The notes beneath the pieces were generated by a model, which saw only the letters and a program-made list of their open reading frames with translations, had not been told where the DNA came from and searched no databases. From assembly GCA_040384725.1 (NCBI GenBank), contig JAZKIS010000009.1, positions 14,075 through 78,074 on the forward strand: a DNA stretch of 64,000 bases, given 5' to 3'. How positions within the stretch are numbered: position 1 is the stretch's first letter; each line of letters begins with the position of its first letter. Source of the stretch: Patescibacteria group bacterium (GTDB taxonomy: Bacteria; Patescibacteriota; Minisyncoccia; Phycocordibacterales; Phycocordibacteraceae). A program made the translations under genes and the position numbers. Positions 57,498 through 64,000 of the stretch are shown here, piece after piece.

Positions 57498-59180
57498 ATG
57501 GTACGAAAGATACTCACCTCGCTCACAGCACCTGTACGCGGCCTTCATCAGGCCGCGTACGTGCTTGCCGGGCTGACACTGGCCTCTCAGGCGCTCGCGC
57601 TCCTCAGGGACCGCATGTTCGCCTATAGCTTCGGCGCAGGTGACGTACTCGACCTCTACTACGCAGCCTTCAAGGTGCCTGACCTCGTGTTCGCGCTCGT
57701 GGCGTCCCTGGTGTCCGCGTACGTGCTCATTCCGCGCATCGCCGGAGGGTCAAGAAAAGAATCGCAGGAACTCATCTCTCAGACCGCATCCTTCCTCTTC
57801 ATCGCAGGAGGCCTGCTGTGCCTGGTGCTCGCGCTTTTTGCGCCGACCTTGCTCTTCGTGCTGTTCCCGGCAGCGATTGATTCTCCGAACGCAGAAGGGT
57901 TCGTGCTGCTTGCGCGCATCCTTCTTATTCAGCCGATACTGCTCGGGCTCTCGGGTATCGTGACGAGCGTCACGCAGGTGCGTCGCAGATTCTTCCTCTT
58001 CGCCCTCTCGCCGGTGCTCTACAATCTCGGCATCATAGCGGGTACTTTGCTCCTGTATCCGCTCTATGGCCTTCCGGGCATCGGTATCGGCGTGCTCGCG
58101 GGTGCCATGGCGCACCTCTTGATCCACATTCCCGTGCTTGTGGGAGAGAGAATGTTCCCAAGGCTCGTTATCCCGTCCCCGAAGGTTCTGTGGAGCGTTA
58201 TGAGCGATTCGGTCCCGCGCTCCTTGGCGCTCGCCATGGGATCGGTTACGGCGCTCATCCTCACAATCCTTGCTGCACGCACGGGAGAGGGAAGCATCGC
58301 GGTGTTCTCGCTCGCACAGAATCTGCAGGCGGTGCCGCTGTCCTTGATCGCGGCGTCCTACGCTACCGCGGCGTTCCCGGTCCTCGCTGAAAGCATGGAA
58401 GCGAAACGATACGATGCATTTAAGGCGACGCTGTCTGCGGCCGCGCGGCACATCGTGTTCTGGTCTGCGATCCTCTCGGTGCTCATCCTCGTGCTGCGCG
58501 CGCACATCGTGCGCATCGTGCTCGGTACCGGTGCCTTCGACTGGGACGCGACGAGACTAACGGCCGCTATCCTCGCGCTCCTCGTTATCGGCCTTATGGC
58601 GCAAGGTATCGTGCTGCTCGCGTCACGCGCGTTCTACGCGGCAAAGAAGTCCTGGAATCCGCTTTTGATCCAGATCGCAGGGCTCGTTGTGTCGGTCCTT
58701 TCCGCGCTAGGGCTCCTCGTCCTGTCCTCACGGTTCCCGGAGATCGGGTACTTCGTTGAGGCGCTGTTGCGCGTTGAGGGCGTTCCAGGAACCGATATCC
58801 TCCTCGTAGCGCTCGGTAGCATGCTCGGATCAGTAGCCACCGGCGTGTTCGCGCTCCTGACGCTCAAGGCGGTTGCGCCTGGCGTAGCGCGTTCCTTGCT
58901 CCGTCCGGTGTTCGAAGGTGCCGCGTCCGCGATCCTCGGCGGGGCAGCGGCGTATGGCGCCCTCTCGTTCCTCGGGAATCTCGCGCCAGCGACCACGCTC
59001 CTCGTTGTCTTCACTGAGGCCTTCATTGCTGGTATGGTGGGCCTTATGGTCGCGGCGGCGGTCCTTGCCCTTCTCGCGAACCGCGAGTTCAAGGATCTCG
59101 TCGACTCCCTGAAGCGCATGAAGCCATCGACCGCGCTCAAGCCTTCCGGACCGGTCCTCTCTGACCGTTCGGATGCCTAG
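57498..59180 (+). CDS. murJ: Lipid II flippase MurJ (MviN)
   Basis: 14-TM MOP-superfamily pattern. N-terminus ..LASQALALLRDRMFAYSFGAGDVLDLYYAAFKVPD.. is typical of MurJ. Confidence 0.85.
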   Translation: MVRKILTSLTAPVRGLHQAAYVLAGLTLASQALALLRDRMFAYSFGAGDVLDLYYAAFKVPDLVFALVASLVSAYVLIPRIAGGSRKESQELISQTASFLFIAGGLLCLVLALFAPTLLFVLFPAAIDSPNAEGFVLLARILLIQPILLGLSGIVTSVTQVRRRFFLFALSPVLYNLGIIAGTLLLYPLYGLPGIGIGVLAGAMAHLLIHIPVLVGERMFPRLVIPSPKVLWSVMSDSVPRSLALAMGSVTALILTILAARTGEGSIAVFSLAQNLQAVPLSLIAASYATAAFPVLAESMEAKRYDAFKATLSAAARHIVFWSAILSVLILVLRAHIVRIVLGTGAFDWDATRLTAAILALLVIGLMAQGIVLLASRAFYAAKKSWNPLLIQIAGLVVSVLSALGLLVLSSRFPEIGYFVEALLRVEGVPGTDILLVALGSMLGSVATGVFALLTLKAVAPGVARSLLRPVFEGAASAILGGAAAYGALSFLGNLAPATTLLVVFTEAFIAGMVGLMVAAAVLALLANREFKDLVDSLKRMKPSTALKPSGPVLSDRSDA

Positions 59181-59188
59181 CATTCCGA

Positions 59189-60976
59189 ATGAACATACGA
59201 AACTTCAGTATCATCGCCCACATCGATCACGGGAAGTCGACCCTCGCGGATCGGCTTCTTGAACGTACCGGCACTATCGAGGCCCGCAAGATGCGGGACC
59301 AGGTCCTCGACAAGATGGACCTCGAGCGCGAGCGCGGCATCACGATCAAGATGCAGCCGGCACGCATGAAGTACAAAGCGAAGGACGGTACGGAGTACGT
59401 CTTGAATCTCATCGATACGCCAGGGCACATCGACTTTGCATACGAAGTGTCGCGCGCGCTGTCTGCGGTTGAGGGCGTGATACTGCTTGTTGATTCGACG
59501 CAGGGAATCCAGGCACAGACCCTGACTACGCTTCAGATGGCGAAAGAGGCAGGTTGCGTGATTATCCCCGTTATCTCGAAGATCGACTCGCCTGCAGCGC
59601 GCCCTGACGATGTGTCGCTCGAGCTCGCGGAGCTCCTCTCCGTTGATCCTGATAGCGTGCTCGCGGTCTCAGGACGCACCGGAGAAGGCGTCGAGGCGCT
59701 CCTCGAAGAGGTTATCGCCAAGGTCCCGGCTCCGAGGCCGAGCGAGGGCGGACCGCGCGCGCTTATCTTCGATTTCTCGTACTCGACGCATCGCGGCATC
59801 ACGGTCTTCATGCGCGTGTTCGACGGGGTATTTAAGAAAGGGGACGTGCTTAGGTTTGCGGCGGCTGGAGAGCGCTTTACGGCGCTTGAGACGGGCATAT
59901 TCATGCCAGACGAGCTCGCTACCGAGTCTCTTTCCGCAGGAGAGATCGGCTACCTGGTTACCGGCGTGAAGCAGGCAGGCGTGGTTAACGTGGGAGATAC
60001 GGTTATAGCGAACGCGGGATCAACGACCGGTCTCGAGGGCTTCGAGCGTCCGCGTCCGGTTGTGTGGGCGTCGGTGTATCCCGAGAGCCAGGACGACCTG
60101 ACCGAGCTCAGGCAATCCCTCGAGCGTCTTCGCCTCTCTGATTCCTCGCTCGCGTTCGAGGAAGAATCGTCCGGCATGCTCGGACGCGGCTTCCGGTGCG
60201 GATTCCTCGGCATGCTCCACCTCGAGATTATTATCGAGCGCCTGAAGCGCGAGTTCGATCTCGAGCTCATCGTTACGATCCCAACGATCGCGTACGTCGT
60301 TACGGACAAGCGCGGGAAGCGGGAGACCGTCTACACGCCGTCCAAGTTCCCGGCCTTCGGCGAGACCGAGAAGATCGAGGAGCCGTGGGTGAAGGTGGTG
60401 CTCATCACACCTCCCGACTCGCTCTCGAACATGATCCAGCTCTTCCATGATCATGAGGGGAACGTGCTCGAGACTGAGACGCATCTTGACGGCCGTATCG
60501 AGCTTGCAGTTGAGATGCCGCTTCGCGAGCTCATGCGCGGATTCTTCGACAAGGTGAAGAATGCGTCTTCGGGTTATGCCTCGCTTTCATACGAGTTCCT
60601 CGACGAGCGCCCGGCAGACGTCGTTAAGCTCGAGATATTCGTCGCCGAGGAGCCGGTACCCGCATTCGCGCGCGTGGTGTCTCGCCGTCGCGTCGTCGAG
60701 GAAGGGGACCGCATGGTTGAGAAGCTTCACGAGATCCTGCCGCGCCAGATGTTCGTCTTAAAGATCCAGGCGCATGCGCTCGGACGCATCGTAGCGTCCC
60801 GCTCGATCTCCGCGCTCCGCAAGGACGTTACGGGCTACCTCTACGGCGGCGACATTACGCGCAAGATGAAACTCCTCGAGAAACAGAAGAAGGGAAAGAA
60901 GCGCCGTGGCGAGCACGCGAAGATGGATATCCCGCAGGACGTGTTCATGAAGATGGTGCAGGATTCGGAACGCTAG
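59189..60976 (+). CDS. lepA: Elongation factor 4 (LepA)
   Basis: IRNFSIIAHIDHGKSTLADRLL, DTPGHIDF, and the LepA C-terminal domain. 595 aa. Confidence 0.97.
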   Translation: MNIRNFSIIAHIDHGKSTLADRLLERTGTIEARKMRDQVLDKMDLERERGITIKMQPARMKYKAKDGTEYVLNLIDTPGHIDFAYEVSRALSAVEGVILLVDSTQGIQAQTLTTLQMAKEAGCVIIPVISKIDSPAARPDDVSLELAELLSVDPDSVLAVSGRTGEGVEALLEEVIAKVPAPRPSEGGPRALIFDFSYSTHRGITVFMRVFDGVFKKGDVLRFAAAGERFTALETGIFMPDELATESLSAGEIGYLVTGVKQAGVVNVGDTVIANAGSTTGLEGFERPRPVVWASVYPESQDDLTELRQSLERLRLSDSSLAFEEESSGMLGRGFRCGFLGMLHLEIIIERLKREFDLELIVTIPTIAYVVTDKRGKRETVYTPSKFPAFGETEKIEEPWVKVVLITPPDSLSNMIQLFHDHEGNVLETETHLDGRIELAVEMPLRELMRGFFDKVKNASSGYASLSYEFLDERPADVVKLEIFVAEEPVPAFARVVSRRRVVEEGDRMVEKLHEILPRQMFVLKIQAHALGRIVASRSISALRKDVTGYLYGGDITRKMKLLEKQKKGKKRRGEHAKMDIPQDVFMKMVQDSER

Positions 60977-60999
60977 AGAGATTGCTATACTAGAGGCTC

Positions 61000-61368
61000 A
61001 TGCCTCGCCCCTCGAAGAGACACCATGCCAAGCGTGCCGGCGAGTACCTGCTCGCAGGCGGGCTCTCGGTGCTATTTCTCGTCCTTCTGTGGGCAGTGTG
61101 GGGAATCGCGCGCAAAGAGGAGATCGCACGGAGCGCCGTTGATGATAGGAAGTCTGAATTGGCAGTTCTCCAGGAGCGAAAAGCTGTATTCGAGGATAAT
61201 CTCGCGGAACTCTCCACGGAACGCGGACAGGAGGCAACGCTTCGCCAGAATCACGGTGTGGCGCGTGCGGGAGAGGAAGTCATCATCGTAGTCCCGCCGA
61301 AAGAGGACGAGCTCGATGCCCACATGCCGTGGTATAAGCGGCTCCTCGGATGGTTCGGTATTTGGTAA
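61000..61368 (+). CDS. FtsB/DivIC-like septum formation initiator family protein
   Basis: Single TM, coiled coil, and ..ATLRQNHGVARAGEEVIIV.. C-terminal motif. Confidence 0.5.
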   Translation: MPRPSKRHHAKRAGEYLLAGGLSVLFLVLLWAVWGIARKEEIARSAVDDRKSELAVLQERKAVFEDNLAELSTERGQEATLRQNHGVARAGEEVIIVVPPKEDELDAHMPWYKRLLGWFGIW

Positions 61369-61421
61369 AGAATAAAGAGTGTCCGTATCCGGACAGCTCC
61401 ATGCTAGAGTTTCTGCATATG

Positions 61422-62474
61422 AACCGTCTATACTCCCTCGCTCATAAAGGTGCCAGTGCTCTGCTTATTGGCCTTATTGTTATTGCAGCTTCAGGTACAC
61501 CTACAATTGCAGAAGCTGCAAAATCGTCGAAGCCTACGATTAAGATTACGGCGCCAAGCGCAAAAGCTACCTTCGCAAAGGAAGGTTCAGGATTCGTGCC
61601 AGTAGCATGGTCTGCAACGAACGTTCCTGAAGATACGCTCGTTGTTGTCGAGCTCAAGCAGAAGAAGCTCGCGAAGGGCGGCGGTGTTGGCGGCGGGTCC
61701 TGGCAGGACGAGATTGTTGCCGGCAATAGCTCAGGCACTCATAAGTGGGACATCGAAGGCGAGGGGCGCGCGCAGGCAGGAACCTATAGGGTGCGTGCGT
61801 ACCTTCAGCAGTGTGTAAAAGGGGACTGCAGCCAAAATCCAAGCTTCCCTGGCGCAAAGAAGACGAAAGTCTACGCAACGTCTAAATGGGTGAATATAAA
61901 GATCGTTGACGACGCGGACGACGCGGACGACGAGGACGAACTCGTAACACCCGATGAGAATGACGGTCCCGTTGGCGTGTCGGTAACCATGGTCGGCGGT
62001 AACGGAAGTGATGAGTATCACCTAGATACGGATAGCTCGCCCATGTTCAATTACTACCCGAGCGGCGACGTTACGTCTTGCACGATTACCGCGTATTACC
62101 AGGGTGGAGAAGAGAAGCAGACCAGCGGATGGAAGAACGGTGTTCGTGCCGGCGATTACGGACGCTTCAGTTTCTCAGCGGTAGGTCCCTACCCGCTAAA
62201 CTCCTTGAAATCAGTTGAGGTTGTCTGTGGGAACGCGGTGCACAGGGCTAATGATTCCATTCGATTCACGGTTGGAGACTCGGCAGAGGCTGATTTTAAG
62301 ATACTTACAGGCAAGTCGGGATCAACTACCTATAAGAAGGGCACAGCGACGCAAGGAGAGGCAGAATCCCTTTGCAGCAAGGCGTATAACGATCCCAAGA
62401 TCCACAAGTATACTCGCGTACAGTGCTACTGGGACGGTGGGAAATTCGAGGATGTGCGCGAGTTTAAGGGGTAG
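61422..62474 (+). CDS. Secreted hypothetical protein (low GC)
   Basis: Signal peptide MNRLYSLAHKGASALLIGLIVIAASGTPTIAEA, Cys pairs, and an acidic DDADDADDEDE linker. Confidence 0.5.
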   Translation, partial: NRLYSLAHKGASALLIGLIVIAASGTPTIAEAAKSSKPTIKITAPSAKATFAKEGSGFVPVAWSATNVPEDTLVVVELKQKKLAKGGGVGGGSWQDEIVAGNSSGTHKWDIEGEGRAQAGTYRVRAYLQQCVKGDCSQNPSFPGAKKTKVYATSKWVNIKIVDDADDADDEDELVTPDENDGPVGVSVTMVGGNGSDEYHLDTDSSPMFNYYPSGDVTSCTITAYYQGGEEKQTSGWKNGVRAGDYGRFSFSAVGPYPLNSLKSVEVVCGNAVHRANDSIRFTVGDSAEADFKILTGKSGSTTYKKGTATQGEAESLCSKAYNDPKIHKYTRVQCYWDGGKFEDVREFKG

Positions 62475-62502
62475 GAGAGCAAGATAATATTAAGCATACA
62501 TA

Positions 62503-62531
62503 TTGACAGAATAGCAAGTATCTGCTATTCT
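62503..62531 (+). promoter_or_regulatory. Strong sigma70-like promoter (TTGACA-17-TATTCT) with embedded 8-bp perfect palindrome GAATAGCA-N6-TGCTATTC
   Basis: The palindrome occupies the spacer and -10 region, suggesting an operator. Confidence 0.4.
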
Positions 62532-62568
62532 ATTCTTCAGAGGCGCTTGGCCTTTGAAGGGATAACAC

Positions 62569-63246
62569 ATGCGACATATGGTTCTTCTGGTGGCTTCGGC
62601 TGCTGCGGCTCTTTCCTGCGCCGGCCAAGCGGCCGCTCAGGATCGCTGGACCGGCTGGCAACTCGACGCCTTCGTCGGGAACACCACCGAATCCAGTTCG
62701 TCGGACGACCAGTATTTCGACAACGTCGAGCCCACGGGCACCACCTACGGCATCGGCGGCAGCTACCGCACCGTCCTGTTCGATGACCTGGTCGTCGGCG
62801 TCGAAGCCTCGGCCGCCATCGGGTCCGTCGAGGACTGGTTCACCGAGACGACCTGCACGGTCAGCGTCTGCGGCTTCAACGAGGAGGTCACCTATACGGT
62901 GAAGTCCTCGTACAGCGCCCGTCTCGGCGTTTCGCTGGGCCATGAGTTCGGTCCGGTGCTCATCTCGGGCCTGGCCGGCATCGAGGTCCGCGATCGCGGC
63001 ATCCTCACGGAAGTCGAGACCAGTGACCCCGACAACGAGGACTACTTCTACGACCAGACCTGGGCCGCCTTCGGCCCGTACTACGGTCTGCGGGTCGAGT
63101 ACGCCCTGACCGATCGGATCACGATCGGCGGTCAGCTGACTCGGTCGGACGTCGTCCAGTCCATCATCGAGTTCGATGATGGGGACGTCTACGAAGACGG
63201 CGCCGAGTACACCGAGGGCCAGATCCGTCTGAGCATGCGCTTCTAA
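62569..63246 (+). CDS. Outer-membrane beta-barrel protein (OmpA/OmpW-like porin family)
   Basis: Signal peptide ending AAA-QD. Alternating amphipathic beta-strands. C-terminal ...IRLSMRF with terminal Phe, typical of BAM-dependent OMPs. Confidence 0.6.
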   Translation: MRHMVLLVASAAAALSCAGQAAAQDRWTGWQLDAFVGNTTESSSSDDQYFDNVEPTGTTYGIGGSYRTVLFDDLVVGVEASAAIGSVEDWFTETTCTVSVCGFNEEVTYTVKSSYSARLGVSLGHEFGPVLISGLAGIEVRDRGILTEVETSDPDNEDYFYDQTWAAFGPYYGLRVEYALTDRITIGGQLTRSDVVQSIIEFDDGDVYEDGAEYTEGQIRLSMRF

Positions 63247-63366
63247 GCGCGACAACAGTACACTTCAGAAGTGATGGGCCCATTCCGCTTGCGGGATGGG
63301 CCTTCTTCTTTTCCTGATTCATTTATATACGAAAATGCTATACTGGCCCCACACTAAGAAATCACC

Positions 63367-63624
63367 ATGGATCAAAAGAACGTAACCATTTACACCACGC
63401 CGACCTGTCACTTCTGCCAGATGAGCAAGGAGTTCTTCAAGGAGAACAACGTCTCATACACGGAACACAACGTGGCCAACGACATGGAGAAGCGCCAGGA
63501 GATGATCGACAAGAGCGGTCAGATGGGCGTACCGGTCGTATTCATCGGTGACGATATGATCGTCGGCTTCGACAAGCGGAAGTTCGTCGAGCTCCTCGGA
63601 CTCGAAGAGGCTCCTGCAGCGTAA
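63367..63624 (+). CDS. Glutaredoxin-like protein (NrdH/YruB type)
   Basis: CHFC (CxxC) near the N-terminus. 85 aa. ..GVPVVFIGD.. Confidence 0.8.
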   Translation: MDQKNVTIYTTPTCHFCQMSKEFFKENNVSYTEHNVANDMEKRQEMIDKSGQMGVPVVFIGDDMIVGFDKRKFVELLGLEEAPAA

Positions 63625-63640
63625 GCAAAAGAGCATACAG

Positions 63641-63668
63641 CCCGCATCCTGTATGGGTGCGGGTTTTA
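63641..63668 (+). terminator. Terminator hairpin plus T-tract
   Basis: cccgcatcc-tgtat-gggtgcggg followed by tttt. Confidence 0.5.
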
Positions 63669-63685
63669 TGCTACTCTCTCGATAC

Positions 63686-63757
63686 GCCTCCGTAGTTCAA
63701 TGGATAGAACATCTCACTCCTAACGAGACGATGTAGGTTCGATTCCTGCCGGAGGCA
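63686..63757 (+). tRNA. tRNA-Arg (anticodon CCT)
   Basis: Manual cloverleaf. Acceptor GCCTCCG/CGGAGGC, D-arm GTTC-AATGGATA-GAAC, anticodon loop CT-CCT-AA, T-arm GTAGG-TTCGATT-CCTGC, discriminator A. Confidence 0.85.
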
Positions 63758-63782
63758 TGCAAATGATATAATTCGGCTACGT

Positions 63783-64000
63783 ATGCCACCGACCATAGAC
63801 GACACGAGCGAGCTCAAGAAGCTTCTTGAGGAAGACATTGCTATCGGCAAGGACAATAACCGTCTCCTGCGCGAGATGCGCCGGAACGCTATCCTCGGTC
63901 TTGTCGCGAAGATCGTGATCTGGCTCGTGCTCCTTGGTGTGCCGCTCTTCCTCCTTAGCACCTATCTGGGGCCTATCATGAATGCCGTTGCAGGCCAGTC
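63783..64000 (+). CDS. Partial (3'-truncated by window edge) hypothetical membrane protein
   Basis: ATG at 63783 opens a frame to the window end (MPPTIDDTSELKKLLEEDIAIGKDNNRLLREMRRNAILGLVAKIVIWLVLLGVPLFLL...). Confidence 0.35.
   Translation, partial: MPPTIDDTSELKKLLEEDIAIGKDNNRLLREMRRNAILGLVAKIVIWLVLLGVPLFLLSTYLGPIMNAVAGQ

Noticed and set aside
63671-63961. 96-aa minus-strand ORF overlapping tRNA-Arg. A similar ORF (2117..2389) overlaps tRNA-Thr.
   Set aside because: Both overlap well-formed tRNA cloverleaves. The sequences are basic and low-complexity.

Overview
This 64 kb window comes from a high-GC (about 60%) bacterium with compact, mostly co-directional operons, many 4-nt start/stop overlaps and GC-rich hairpin terminators. 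Taxonomy is unclear.

Most of the window is housekeeping:
- Glycolysis and translation: a partial SIS-type phosphoglucose isomerase-like gene with a ROK sugar kinase, and an RF2 (prfB) gene with no frameshift site.
- Division and nucleotide metabolism: ftsE-ftsX-pyrG in one co-directional run.
- Methionine: metK preceded by a SAM-I riboswitch.
- Efflux and transport: an RND pump (AcrB-like permease plus periplasmic adaptor), an MFS transporter, an ABC substrate-binding protein, and secG.
- Translation factors and chaperones: typA/bipA, lepA, groES-groEL.
- RNA metabolism: a DEAD-box helicase, RNase J, and an RNase P RNA that lies in an apparently intergenic gap on the minus strand.
- Envelope and redox: DsbA, VKOR, MsrB, Bcp, mltG, murJ, htpX, a NUDIX hydrolase, LemA, and an O-antigen-ligase-like protein with TPR repeats.
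- Six tRNAs: Thr-GGT, Thr-CGT, Gln-CTG, Ser-GGA, Arg-CCT, plus one further call.

The standout feature is a low-GC island of about 4.7 kb immediately 3' of tRNA-Gln (10204..14945). It carries a DUF262/ParB-like (DGQQR) gene, a stand-alone HEPN gene (Rx4H), an HNH endonuclease, and a convergent, overlapping C5 cytosine methyltransferase. It ends in a large serine recombinase that has lost its catalytic N-terminus and is fused head-on to the C-terminal fragment of a peptidase S51 gene. This looks like a decayed integrative element carrying a candidate, possibly undescribed, multi-nuclease restriction/defence module.

Secondary observations: the N-terminal domain 1 of RF2 is short; the DEAD-box helicase and RNase J both have N-terminal Arg/Gly-rich extensions; two HhH-GPD glycosylases lack Fe-S cysteines; an OMP-like beta-barrel gene has a palindromic operator in its promoter; there are additional low-GC patches. 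No CRISPR array or rRNA was found.
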